From an uncultured virus (IMG/VR IMGVR_UViG_3300033153_010090) (Duplodnaviria; Heunggongvirae; Uroviricota; Caudoviricetes), in IMG/VR virus record IMGVR_UViG_3300033153_010090: 64,000 bases of DNA; one strand, written 5' to 3'. Every line of letters starts with the position of its first letter. Positions within the stretch are counted from its first letter, which is position 1. Of this stretch, positions 53,973 through 64,000 are shown one piece after another. The position numbers and the translations under genes are program-made. Below the pieces are notes generated by a model. That model was not told where the DNA came from and did no database searches. It saw only the letters and a list, made by a program, of their open reading frames with translations.

Positions 53973-54224
53973 CTACTCCGCTAGCTCCAACTCTGTGAAC
54001 TCTGCCTGGATGCCAGTCTTGCCGTAGTCCAGGCCCTCAGTTAGACACCATTCCTTGAGTCGCTTCACAGCCTGGGGCGGATAGCACTGGGCGTCAAACT
54101 CGTGATCGCCACCTGAGATGATGGACACCTGCTGCACGCCCTCGACTCTGGTGAAAAAGGACAACAGATTCAGAGTCAATGTGCCGTCGGTGTTGTTGTG
54201 CAAGACAACGTGGTGGGTCATCAC
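53973..54224 (-). CDS. Hypothetical protein
   Basis: Coupled small ORF. Confidence 0.6.
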   Translation of the reverse strand: MMTHHVVLHNNTDGTLTLNLLSFFTRVEGVQQVSIISGGDHEFDAQCYPPQAVKRLKEWCLTEGLDYGKTGIQAEFTELELAE

Positions 54225-56302
54225 ACTTTCCCCTTTGCGTAGTCCCGGATCTGGGACAATGCCTTGGCCGTCGACATTAGGTGCCAGGACAAGAGCCTAT
54301 CACGTTGTCCTAGCCTGAAGATGAGACGGTTCAGGCTTGCAGGGCTCATGGCCAGGTCCCCTGAGCCTACGACCCACTCAGCCTCGACCTGACTGCCGTT
54401 GACAGTCATAAATGTTGATGTCGCGTCACCGTAGACATGACTCACAGCCACGTAGTTATCGCGGCCCGCGTCGAGTTCTCGGCCAGACTTCTGAACGTAG
54501 TGCATCTCTGGCACTATGGTCCAGGTTCCGGTCCCGCCGGCCGCAGCATTGTAGACCCCTGCTACCTTGAAGGCGTTGGTCGTCGCGTTCTCGACCGCGT
54601 GATAGCCAAGATTGCCGTTGGCGCCGGTGATCGAGACTACAGCTCCGTTCGATAGTCCGTGAGCCGTGGCGTTGACCTGAATCTTACCTACACCATCACT
54701 AAACGAGCCCACTGCTCCTGTTGATGTCGTGTACAAGCTCTGCGGCTGCGTTAGCCTAAAAAACAACTTGCCAGTATTGTCGTAGCCAAACTTGATCTCG
54801 TTGGCGTCCAGTAGGTAGGACTCCGCCGAATCAAGCCTCGGCGAAATCCAGGCCTCGATGGTCACGCCGGTTGCAGCTGCGACAGTCTTCAACATCACCG
54901 ACGTACCCGTGAGATCTATCCCATGAACGTTGTAGTCCAAGGCCCCGAGGTCCAGGTGATTATCGTTCCCCGATAGATCGTAGAGCGAAACAACGAGTTC
55001 CGAGTCGTCGAGCTTCCAGAGCCCAACCAGGCCCGGGTACAGTTCCTGGCTCAGGTATCCAGGCAGGGCGTCGTTGATCGTAACAACCTCATCTTCACCC
55101 AGCTCATAAGAGAACAGAGCCAGCTCCGCCACCATCCCGTCCCATCCGTTGCCATAGATGGACGAGCCCAGCACCAAGGCACGTATCGGATTCAAGATCT
55201 TTTTGAGGTTTGTACCGCTGTGCCACAGCACCCCGTCTCGATAGATCTTCATGCTCCCAGACGAGGAGTTGTGTATGAAGACCCAATGCTCCATCCCCGA
55301 CACGGGCGCCAACACCTTGTTGATCCGGTCTAGCGTGTGGTCGGTATCGTAGACGTCGAAGTAGGCGTAGCCATTGGACCACGGCAAGTGGATGTTGATG
55401 TACGAGTCATCGTCGTTTGTAAGACCTCTCAAGAACACTGTCTCGTATGGAGATTGCGGGGTCGTCACCCACGCGTGGATTGACCACGCCGGCTCAAGGT
55501 CAAAGGTCGGGCTTATCGGCAGAATCACGCCCCACGGCGGGTCGAAGGACCCCGGGTCCAAAAACTTGTAGGCCTGACCGAGCCCTATGGACGGATACCC
55601 AGTCTCTACGTTCTTGCTAATGAAACCCCCGGATTCCTGCGCCACCTCGTCGTAAGGTAAGATCGTCCCGGCTCTCTGGATGGCGAGTCCAGACTCAAAC
55701 AAAGCCTCAGACGAGGCCTCGGCAGTGAAGCGCCGGGCCACAGCTGCGCGCTGACCGTGCAGCCCCAAATACCTGGCCACCGTCGGTGCCCCTGACTTGT
55801 CGTGAGTATCATGGTCCCGCAGGTCAGATGACGATGGCCTAGCGATTTCCAGTTCTGGGGCTAACAGCCCTTTGCGGGCACGTAGACCGCCGGCAACCAA
55901 ATATGAGGCCAGGGCCTCGGAGACCCCGGTGGCCAATGATGGAGACGACCCTTGATACAGGAACGTAGGACCCGAGGTCACCGCGTGAGCAGCATAGTCG
56001 TACTCGATGACCCACAGACCGTCTTCCCTGGCTAAGACAACGGCCACAACGTTAGATGTATCCGTCTCCCGAGCTGCGAACGATGACACTGACGCGAATG
56101 GCCCTGCGATGATCTCGTCGCTGTGGTCCTGGTCGTAGAAGTCCACGGCGTCCGAGGGCCTAGTGACCAAATAGTATCCGCTGGCGTCGAGCCTCGCCGT
56201 CCAGATCGTGTAGGACTTGACCAGGCCCGTGAGATACACGTGCCGAACCTGCACGGCATCACCGAGCAGTGACACAATCTCTGCTGGCGTCGAGAAAGTC
56301 AT
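54221..56302 (-). CDS. LamG/concanavalin-like domain virion protein
   Basis: WSIHAWV...HW...IY.DG...G.VAEL, LVGLWKLD, DLSGNDNH, TIEAWI; start coupled to the upstream stop. Confidence 0.75.
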   Translation of the reverse strand: MTFSTPAEIVSLLGDAVQVRHVYLTGLVKSYTIWTARLDASGYYLVTRPSDAVDFYDQDHSDEIIAGPFASVSSFAARETDTSNVVAVVLAREDGLWVIEYDYAAHAVTSGPTFLYQGSSPSLATGVSEALASYLVAGGLRARKGLLAPELEIARPSSSDLRDHDTHDKSGAPTVARYLGLHGQRAAVARRFTAEASSEALFESGLAIQRAGTILPYDEVAQESGGFISKNVETGYPSIGLGQAYKFLDPGSFDPPWGVILPISPTFDLEPAWSIHAWVTTPQSPYETVFLRGLTNDDDSYINIHLPWSNGYAYFDVYDTDHTLDRINKVLAPVSGMEHWVFIHNSSSGSMKIYRDGVLWHSGTNLKKILNPIRALVLGSSIYGNGWDGMVAELALFSYELGEDEVVTINDALPGYLSQELYPGLVGLWKLDDSELVVSLYDLSGNDNHLDLGALDYNVHGIDLTGTSVMLKTVAAATGVTIEAWISPRLDSAESYLLDANEIKFGYDNTGKLFFRLTQPQSLYTTSTGAVGSFSDGVGKIQVNATAHGLSNGAVVSITGANGNLGYHAVENATTNAFKVAGVYNAAAGGTGTWTIVPEMHYVQKSGRELDAGRDNYVAVSHVYGDATSTFMTVNGSQVEAEWVVGSGDLAMSPASLNRLIFRLGQRDRLLSWHLMSTAKALSQIRDYAKGKV

Positions 56303-59300
56303 CAGGTGATGGTCTCGTTGGTCGTGGTCGTCGACTTCAACGTCCTTGCTTTCCAGAACCTGCGCCTGAGCAGGCGGCAACTGAGACCACTCAAAGATGG
56401 CGGCAGCTCATCTAAGTAGACGACCACGGCGCTGGGGCTGGACGTCGTCGGGATCTCCTTGATCTCGAACATGCGCTTGCCGATGCCCGTACCCGAGACT
56501 TCAATGTAGTCCCCCGGCACCACCTGGTTGAAGCCAGGCCCATTGAGGTCTACTGGCACACTCACGAACTTCACACGTCCGTCACCGTCACTATCCGAAA
56601 GTGTGGAGCACCCAGCAATAGGACTACCGCTGAGTTCAACGAACTCGATCTGATCGGCGTGGAAATAGACGCCGGTACGAGGGTCCCAATACCCACAAAG
56701 ATTGGTAGAGAAATCGAAACTAGAACTGTACCCAGGACAGTGCCAGTCGACGCTGTCTGGGAACTCGCGGACGATGCTGAAGTCTACGCCCGTGGTCAAG
56801 GGCGCGACCAGTGGCACCGAATCCCCAGCCAGGGTCAGTGTCGTCGCCGTCGGCACGTCGATGACCGTTGGCAGCAAATCTCTGGTCTCCGCATACTCCG
56901 TGGGCAAGAAATAACCGTCGTCCAGGAACACTCGGTCTCCATACCCAAACCCCAACAAGGCCCAGGTCAGGCCCGAGGTGTCGTTGAGGTCGATGTTGAT
57001 ACCTACTGTCAACGCGTCGAGGACGCTGGTGATGGTCACGAATCCGTAGTAGTCACCGCCGCCAGACGGTACACCGGCCGGGATTCTGATCTGCTTACCC
57101 ACGTCGGCCTGTGAGAACGGGTACAAGGTCGCCGTGCCCGTGTATGCCTCGGCGACCCCGATGCGGTTGTAGTATTTGACCTGTGTCGCACTGACGTAAT
57201 CAGTGATAGTAAACGTACCGTTGTTGGCACCCGTCGTCGCGCCGGCAATGTTGAGTTGCTTGCCCACATGGGCCGGCAGGAACGTGCCTCCGGCCACGGT
57301 CAACAGCATCTCTGGGGACGTGCCGCCAATAGTCGTACCTGTGGCCGTGGCCGCCGACGGAGCCGAGAATTCAGAGGCCCCCGTTGTCGTGATGCCGTTG
57401 GTACCGTTAGTCTCGTAGAGGGATCCGGAGACCAGCTGCAGCAAATTCGTGTAGCCGTCGCCGTCGCCGTCGTCCACGGTCTGGATCTGGTCGCCGCCTG
57501 GATCGTGGACCGCTAGCTTGCGCGTCGTCGGCCCCAGATTCTTATTACCGAGATAGGTGGCCAAGAACTTTGGGTCGTCCGCGTCCGCACACTTCAGATT
57601 CGTCGGCGCGCCTAGGATCTTGAAGTTCTCATCGCGAAGAATCAGTCCGGCGTGGCGCAAATACTGGTTGGCTGTGTAGTAGCGCCTCCATACCTTCCAA
57701 TAGGTCTTGCGTCTGGCCACATGGTCCAGGGCCGTGAGGTCGAAAATGACAGTGACGCCGTTGGACGCGGCACTCCAACCGCTTATGCCGCTTATGAAGA
57801 CATCGTCGTCTTCGTAGGTCGACAGGTCCTCGTCGTCTGTACACGCCTCCGTGCGCAGCATCTTCTTGACATCACCCCAGACCTCGCCCCTGTCACCGCT
57901 GCTATATAACTTCCAGTCCATACCCTGGGCCATGACGTAGGGTTGGTCGCTGTAGGAGGCACGGAACTCGACGTACCCGACTGCTGGGATGTCGATGAGC
58001 TTCCACCGCCTAGCCGCTCCCGCGTTTTCTGTGGCCGGGAAGTTGCGGTCCACCTGCACTGTCGTCGGCGTCAGATAAGCAATGATGACGTACCCGCCGT
58101 TGTTGTCGAAGGTCCCGACCGTCGAGTCCTCAATCTCGATGGTCTTTCCCATGTCTCCGGCCGCGAAGGTGTGAGCGCCTGCTGTCGTGAAGACATCCGA
58201 ACCTACGGCCACCGAGTAGTCATCGGCCCATTCACCCTCGGGCTTGATACGCAGGCAGGCCATGAAGTGGGCCTCGGGCGCTGGCGCTGGCTTCCCGTAT
58301 GTCGACACAAAGTCTATGAACCCGCCGTATCCGTATCCTGCCAGCGACACTGGCATGGCGACTCCCAATCCCCAATCTGGTGTCGTCTGCTCGACGGCAC
58401 TGTCTGGTTCCCACCCGCCGTCTACGCCCATGGTCTCGAAGTCCGGACCCTCAACCGTCCAAGGATTTGCTGCCTCACCGCCAGCCTCGACCCCCTGCCG
58501 CAAGATTGTAGGAGAGAAGTAGAGGCCCATGCTGTATTCAGCGTCGGATATGTTGTCCTTGCCCCATCCCACGTAAACCGGGACCGTGGTCTGCTCGTCG
58601 ATCACAAACTCGTTGGCCTGTGCTACCCCACCGTCCTGGGTAAAACGCACATTCAGACCCAACTCAAGCTCCTGCCAATCTCCGAAGGCACGACGGATGC
58701 CTGAGCCCAAGGCCAGATTCCCACCATCGTGCATGTGCGGGCCTGGAAACCCGTCGTCCTGGTCAAAGTCCAGGTCCACGTCATGTTGGTTACCCAGCAT
58801 GATCTCCCACGTCGACCCATCCCACCCAAGGCACGTCCACGGGCCGTGGTGCAGCATGACACCTATATGATTGTGGTCGTCATAGTAAATGCCGGTCATG
58901 AGCCCCTGGCTCGTCCCATCTCTGCCAAAATGCTGAGCCAGAGCCGGTTGCCACGCGTAACAGCGTTCAGAGCGTGTCGACCCGTCGCCTGACGGGGTTG
59001 AATATGCCGATCTCGTCGGCATTAGCCCTACGTCTGACCCCTGCATCGTCACACACCACATCGGAACTTCACCTGTGGTGTATGCCGACAAAAGATAGAT
59101 CTGTCCGCTCGTCTCGTCGACGACTGTATCCATCGCCCCGTTCACATCCGTGGTCGAAGCTATGTCCACCGTCAGCGGCCAGTTGTCCGCCACGCCATCG
59201 TGGTACTTGGTGACGACAATGGCCCAAGTCCCAGCTGCGCCCTCGGCCGTGTACGCCGACACGATCTCGAAAGTGTCAGTGGCGACAGACGAGATCGTAT

Positions 59301-61623
59301 AGAAACCGTTGTAGTTTGTTGTCCCGGAAATCTGGATCTCACAGTCGTTCTTGAGACCGTGTCCGGTACTGGTGACTATGACCTTGCCGCCGCCAGCGTC
59401 GGCAAACGCACCGTCGATGGCCGCCGAGTTGTCAACAAACTCGAAATTAGCCTTAGGAATTCTGGCGACACCGTCGGCGACGCTCGCTATCCAGATATTC
59501 TCGTCGAGCTCACTCGTGCCCAAGTTCGCGAACTGTGGCAAACGAGATACGACAAGAGACCGCAGCTGTCCGCCACCAAACGCATGGCCATCGCTCGGAA
59601 GCTCGGACTCCAAAACCCTATAGACCCTGCCGTCCGTCGGTGACCACTTGCAGATCAACGTGCGGCCGGAAGCCAGCCAGTAGATATTGCCGTCGCGGTC
59701 GAAGTCGCAGACACATCGTGCCTGTGTAGAAACGTTATGAGAGGCAGGTGTCCCGGACCATGGGCCGTAATGCGCCACTGCTTCATCAGCAGCTAGTGCA
59801 CCCTTCTGCATTGTCTCCGCCGTAGCCCCGCCGTGGGCTGTTGACAGGGTCATGGCGGTTGCGCTGTCAACGCTTGCGATCTCGTGGCTGTAGGTGTCAG
59901 AGCCGATGCGGACCCAATCGCCGGCCGCGAAAACCGTCGTCATGTCCACGGACCCAGTATTCCTTGTCAAGGCCGTACCGGCAACATCGAAGGTATCGGC
60001 ACCCGTGACCGTGTGTAGCCTGTGCAGACGCTTCCACGTCGTGCCTGCGTCTGGAGTGTAGCTGATTCCGCCGTCGTCCTGGTCCGTACCCAACCTAGCC
60101 CCCGTGTCGTGGAAGATCCAGGTCACGGAGTTCTCGTAGTCGCAGAGCACGCCGATGGGGTCATCAGAACATAGGCCCGTGGCGTCGTCGGCGCCTGCTT
60201 GAGCTTCGTAGGTACCCACGGCCTCTGGGTACCGGGCGTCTGCCGGGGCTCCGGGGTAGGGATGGATCTTGGCCAGACGTTTATCGGCGTCCGGAGCGTC
60301 CGGTGCACCGTGCCACGCTACCCAGATGAAGTGATCGGCGTCGACGTTCATATCACGCCAGTAAGTGATGCCCGCGGGCATGTCGGTGATGTCGTCGTCT
60401 TCATAGGTCGGGTCAAAGCCCTGAGGGCTCATCTGCGTGTAGCGATACAAGGCCTTGGGCCACATCGACGTATCCATCGACTGGCCGTTCATGTACGCAT
60501 TCAAGCACCAATAATTTCCGGCACCGTCATTGACGATGGCCGTTGCGCTGCGATTGGCTATGTCGGCTGTGCCTCTGATCTCGTTGATTGTGTTGTACAC
60601 GGGCACCGAACCATAGGTCGAGGACAACCCTCTACTTGGCCTATCGTATTTACTGTACGGCCGACGACGCCAGAAGTATTCTGCGATTGGTCCTGTGATC
60701 ATCTCCCAGACGACATTGACCACGGAGAACGTGTTGAATGGTTGTTTGACTGTCGAAGCATCCGTGTCCGCGTCCCCGCCCGTGATGGCCAGAATCTCGT
60801 AGACGCCCTCGTCAACCTCGCCTTTGCCATCGGTGACCTTGATGAACTTGCCGATGTCGCCGGCCAAGAACGTGTAACCAGCTGAGTGGAATGTGTCAGC
60901 GTCCGTTGGCCCGCCGTCGGTACCCGAAGTTCCTGTGGCCGTTCCCGTGCCACCGGACTTGGTGATGTAGACCTGGTAGATATGATGATTGAGCCTAGCG
61001 CTTGGGTAGTCGACATGGCCCCCGAACTCGACGGCCCCCTGGCTCAGGGCATTGTCTCCTGAGTCGACGTAGAAGTATCTGCTGTTTGGAACATCAGCCT
61101 GATGTAGGAACGCACTGCCTATGGTGATGCCTGGGATGTCCATCCAACTGTAGATATGTTGCAGCCCGTACCTATTGAGGGGCAGCGCTCCAGAATCCGG
61201 AAGATCTATGTTGTCTTTATCAATGCCACCATACACGGCACCCAGCGCCGTGACTCTTGCCAGACCATCGTTATCGACTGGCACCTGCACGTTTGTTGTC
61301 TGACCCTGACGGCGGTTGGAATATTGTGGTAGCGGATCCGTATAGCTGTGCGGTTTACACCAATAAGCGAACTGACCAGCTTCGTGAAAGGCGTTGCCTA
61401 GATACCGCGAGTCTTTGTCGTAGCGCATCTTAGAGTGGCGCCGAAATAGAGGCATGGCGCCCAAAATAATCTCAGTGGTGTTCACCGCACGTCTGCTAGC
61501 GATGACGCTATTGACGGCCGCGTCCAAGACGTCGGTGCCGCCATCAAAGTTCTTTAGCTCGCGTGTCTCAGAGTCACCGACGCGAATGGAGCCAAGACCG
61601 ACGTGGATAGACGACTTAGACAT
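56302..61623 (-). CDS. Very large tail/baseplate-associated structural protein
   Basis: 1773 aa, beta-rich, Asp-box-like motifs (YTPDAGTTW, SGDRGEVW), repeated F...D.GK.I motifs. Confidence 0.75.
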   Translation of the reverse strand: MSKSSIHVGLGSIRVGDSETRELKNFDGGTDVLDAAVNSVIASRRAVNTTEIILGAMPLFRRHSKMRYDKDSRYLGNAFHEAGQFAYWCKPHSYTDPLPQYSNRRQGQTTNVQVPVDNDGLARVTALGAVYGGIDKDNIDLPDSGALPLNRYGLQHIYSWMDIPGITIGSAFLHQADVPNSRYFYVDSGDNALSQGAVEFGGHVDYPSARLNHHIYQVYITKSGGTGTATGTSGTDGGPTDADTFHSAGYTFLAGDIGKFIKVTDGKGEVDEGVYEILAITGGDADTDASTVKQPFNTFSVVNVVWEMITGPIAEYFWRRRPYSKYDRPSRGLSSTYGSVPVYNTINEIRGTADIANRSATAIVNDGAGNYWCLNAYMNGQSMDTSMWPKALYRYTQMSPQGFDPTYEDDDITDMPAGITYWRDMNVDADHFIWVAWHGAPDAPDADKRLAKIHPYPGAPADARYPEAVGTYEAQAGADDATGLCSDDPIGVLCDYENSVTWIFHDTGARLGTDQDDGGISYTPDAGTTWKRLHRLHTVTGADTFDVAGTALTRNTGSVDMTTVFAAGDWVRIGSDTYSHEIASVDSATAMTLSTAHGGATAETMQKGALAADEAVAHYGPWSGTPASHNVSTQARCVCDFDRDGNIYWLASGRTLICKWSPTDGRVYRVLESELPSDGHAFGGGQLRSLVVSRLPQFANLGTSELDENIWIASVADGVARIPKANFEFVDNSAAIDGAFADAGGGKVIVTSTGHGLKNDCEIQISGTTNYNGFYTISSVATDTFEIVSAYTAEGAAGTWAIVVTKYHDGVADNWPLTVDIASTTDVNGAMDTVVDETSGQIYLLSAYTTGEVPMWCVTMQGSDVGLMPTRSAYSTPSGDGSTRSERCYAWQPALAQHFGRDGTSQGLMTGIYYDDHNHIGVMLHHGPWTCLGWDGSTWEIMLGNQHDVDLDFDQDDGFPGPHMHDGGNLALGSGIRRAFGDWQELELGLNVRFTQDGGVAQANEFVIDEQTTVPVYVGWGKDNISDAEYSMGLYFSPTILRQGVEAGGEAANPWTVEGPDFETMGVDGGWEPDSAVEQTTPDWGLGVAMPVSLAGYGYGGFIDFVSTYGKPAPAPEAHFMACLRIKPEGEWADDYSVAVGSDVFTTAGAHTFAAGDMGKTIEIEDSTVGTFDNNGGYVIIAYLTPTTVQVDRNFPATENAGAARRWKLIDIPAVGYVEFRASYSDQPYVMAQGMDWKLYSSGDRGEVWGDVKKMLRTEACTDDEDLSTYEDDDVFISGISGWSAASNGVTVIFDLTALDHVARRKTYWKVWRRYYTANQYLRHAGLILRDENFKILGAPTNLKCADADDPKFLATYLGNKNLGPTTRKLAVHDPGGDQIQTVDDGDGDGYTNLLQLVSGSLYETNGTNGITTTGASEFSAPSAATATGTTIGGTSPEMLLTVAGGTFLPAHVGKQLNIAGATTGANNGTFTITDYVSATQVKYYNRIGVAEAYTGTATLYPFSQADVGKQIRIPAGVPSGGGDYYGFVTITSVLDALTVGINIDLNDTSGLTWALLGFGYGDRVFLDDGYFLPTEYAETRDLLPTVIDVPTATTLTLAGDSVPLVAPLTTGVDFSIVREFPDSVDWHCPGYSSSFDFSTNLCGYWDPRTGVYFHADQIEFVELSGSPIAGCSTLSDSDGDGRVKFVSVPVDLNGPGFNQVVPGDYIEVSGTGIGKRMFEIKEIPTTSSPSAVVVYLDELPPSLSGLSCRLLRRRFWKARTLKSTTTTNETIT

Positions 61624-62161
61624 TGTGACCCTCCTCCCATGCCAGGCGATAGCTAACTACCACCTGCTGAGTCTCATCCTGTACCCTGACCGAGGAAAGC
61701 AACGTGGCTGCGTACACCGCGTAGATAGCCGAAGAGTTACTGCGTGTGGTGTAACCCGCCCGAGCGACGCCTACTGTCTTGAACGTGCGCGTTTTGCCCG
61801 CCGCCGGGGCAAGGACAGTACCCGTGAGCGTCCACAACCTCGACGGCAGGTTGATGTCGAAACCAGCAGGGACGCTACCGCCGGCCTGGAACGTAGACCT
61901 GTAAAGGGTCTTTAGCGGATGTGGTGCTTTCTGGTCGGAGCTTATGAAGACGTTAGCGTTAACGACCTGCTGGTCAAACAATGACTCACTAAGCTCACGA
62001 GTCACGAGGTTGGGCTTGACCTCACGCCAGACCCGCTCTCCAGTCCTGACATCGTAGGCCGCGACGTCGAACTCGCCCGTCCGCGGCTGCAAGCTGAATA
62101 GCGGCCTGCCCTCTGCCCTGTGGATCTCCAAGACCTCGTCGATGGAGAGATTACGCATCAC
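61616..62161 (-). CDS. Tail-associated hypothetical protein
   Basis: Coupled ORF; VKPNLVT. Confidence 0.7.
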   Translation of the reverse strand: MMRNLSIDEVLEIHRAEGRPLFSLQPRTGEFDVAAYDVRTGERVWREVKPNLVTRELSESLFDQQVVNANVFISSDQKAPHPLKTLYRSTFQAGGSVPAGFDINLPSRLWTLTGTVLAPAAGKTRTFKTVGVARAGYTTRSNSSAIYAVYAATLLSSVRVQDETQQVVVSYRLAWEEGHNV

Positions 62162-64000
62162 CCTACTCCTATGATCCCAAAACCACCGATCAAGACGACG
62201 GCCATGGACTCTGAACCCGCCAGGCCCTCGGCCGCATTGTCTGGGGTCTCTTCGTTTGTTTCCTTGGACGTCTCGTACCTGAAGCCCCTGAACACGTAAA
62301 GCGCCTCGTCACCCGCCAGGCCCTCGGCCACATTGTCTGGGACGAAGAACTTGAGTGGCGGGAATGTCGTCGAGCCAAAAACGTACTGGCCCTCGCTGCC
62401 GGCCAAAGACTCTGAGGCAAGGCTACTGTAATCAGGCAACCCCACCCGGTCGCTCGATGCGCCCTCCAACAACTCACCACCACGATCGTAGACCGGCCTG
62501 ACAAAATATTGGGAACCAAGTATGTAGTCCGGGATCAGATATGTCGTAGGGTCGGTCGGGTCGGCGACCACGTACTTGATCAAGCTCGCCGTCCCATGCC
62601 ACAGGGTGTAGAGATTGAAGCCCACCAGCTGATCGGCAGAGGGGTCCGTCGTCGGCCTGTAGATGTCAATGTCCAAAACGCCGTCTGGTGGCACGCCCTT
62701 GACAATCGGGTCCTGCGGCCGGGCCGTGAGCCTGGTCTTGATGTAGACGCTCTCCGACCCACCCAGGGCCTCTGTGATCGTGCCGTTGATCGTGCTGTAC
62801 TCCGGTAGAACCTCTGGCGCGTCGCCCGGGTCGGCGGCCGAGTAGAAGACGCGGCCGTTGTCGATCCAGTAGAGCAGATACTTACCCAGGGTCGGGTCGT
62901 AGCCGTGGTCCCACTGCCTAGCTGGGATGACGGTGACCTCGCCGGTCAAAGGATCGCCTTTGCGCAAGACCAGATTACCCGAGCGCACGTAGCCGATCCA
63001 GACGTTGGCGGCCGTGGCCTCAGTGATCTTGGGGCCAGTGACATCGCTCGTCGTCGTGATCTGCTGGCTACTGACGCGGAACGTGTAGCTCCGGGCGTAG
63101 GAGGCCGTAGTCACGGACACGGTCACGTTGGCGTTGATGGTGAAGGGCGTGGGTGGCTCCAAGATCAGACGCTTGCCGTTGTCGTCGTCGATGTACGCCC
63201 CGCCCCAGCCGTTGCGGAACTTGGGCACGAGGCCGTCATCGTAGGCCAGGACTCCGCCGACGGTGACCGTCAACGGGTCCTCGAATTTGAAGTCCAGGGC
63301 CAGACTCTCGCCGGTGGACACCAGGTTCTCTTGGTCGACCGGGTACTCTGGGGCGATGTCCTCTGCCACTTCCACGGTCCTGAACCAGTAGCGGATTCGG
63401 GCGCGGTTGCCCGCGTAATCGTAGACGTCAGCGCGAATGTAGATTGGGGCGTCGACGCCCAGGTCCAATGTGTCGACTGTCACATTGTACTGTCGAATGC
63501 CCTCGACGCCGTCGGCGACCACGGACCCAGTGTATGGAGCCTGGAAACTACCGCCGGAATAGATGGTCTCGTACGCACGGTTTCCGTGCTTGTCGATCTC
63601 CAAAAGCAGAGTACTCTCATCAATGCCCGCGGTCTCATCCCAGAGCTCGAAGTAGAGCGCCGTCGTCGTCGACACACGTTGTCCCAGATCTGCCGGTATC
63701 TGCCCCTGGAATGCTGGGGCCACGACGTCCGTGGGCGTGTAGAACAGGTAGTGGGCGATTATATGCTGGCCGCCGTCGTTTGTCGTGAACACATAAATCG
63801 GCACTTCTGTGTTCCAGGGCAGTTGATAGTCAGCAGGACCCCACTCGATCAACACATGCAGACCTACGCCCGCAGATGGTGTGTAGGTGACCACAAAGTC
63901 GTTGCCGTTACCCGATGGCTCCGGGACGCCATTACGAATGATTATCTTCTCCTCGTCAGGGATCATGACGTTGACGTTCAGAGATACCGTTTGAACGACG
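62158..64000 (-). CDS. Structural protein with Ig-like repeats, 5' end beyond the window
   Basis: Frame stays open upstream of 63966 to the window edge. Confidence 0.75.
   Translation of the reverse strand, partial: VVQTVSLNVNVMIPDEEKIIIRNGVPEPSGNGNDFVVTYTPSAGVGLHVLIEWGPADYQLPWNTEVPIYVFTTNDGGQHIIAHYLFYTPTDVVAPAFQGQIPADLGQRVSTTTALYFELWDETAGIDESTLLLEIDKHGNRAYETIYSGGSFQAPYTGSVVADGVEGIRQYNVTVDTLDLGVDAPIYIRADVYDYAGNRARIRYWFRTVEVAEDIAPEYPVDQENLVSTGESLALDFKFEDPLTVTVGGVLAYDDGLVPKFRNGWGGAYIDDDNGKRLILEPPTPFTINANVTVSVTTASYARSYTFRVSSQQITTTSDVTGPKITEATAANVWIGYVRSGNLVLRKGDPLTGEVTVIPARQWDHGYDPTLGKYLLYWIDNGRVFYSAADPGDAPEVLPEYSTINGTITEALGGSESVYIKTRLTARPQDPIVKGVPPDGVLDIDIYRPTTDPSADQLVGFNLYTLWHGTASLIKYVVADPTDPTTYLIPDYILGSQYFVRPVYDRGGELLEGASSDRVGLPDYSSLASESLAGSEGQYVFGSTTFPPLKFFVPDNVAEGLAGDEALYVFRGFRYETSKETNEETPDNAAEGLAGSESMAVVLIGGFGIIGVG

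Overview
This window is a 64-kb slice of a large, GC-rich tailed bacteriophage genome, probably a myovirus. Minus strand 1-8.5 kb: a virion protein, a baseplate spike and a 2061-aa single-chain RNA polymerase in which bacterial-type beta and beta-prime are fused. Plus strand 8.6-12.5 kb: early cassettes behind a repeated GGTATAAG motif, including a Myg1-like nuclease and an HD-domain CCA-adding enzyme. Minus strand 12.4-17.8 kb: portal and head proteins that share a K-x-A motif. Plus strand 18-34.8 kb: a replication/recombination block (SF2 helicase, UDG, DnaB, DnaG, PolA, HU, RecA, resolvases, Cas4-like nuclease). Minus strand 34.9-40.1 kb: 38 tRNA genes. Minus strand 40.1-64 kb: lysis-like, tail and baseplate genes. 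The main discovery is in the tRNA region, which forms three units. Each unit has a sigma70-like promoter, then a 36-42 codon leader ORF missing from the ORF track, then tRNAs. Each leader contains a cognate codon for every tRNA of its own unit (10/10, 23/23, 5/5), but not for those of the other units. This suggests a translation-coupled sensor that audits the tRNA pool, for example after amino-acid starvation or host anticodon-nuclease attack, and controls expression of replacement tRNAs. All calls come from manual reading; no database searches were run.
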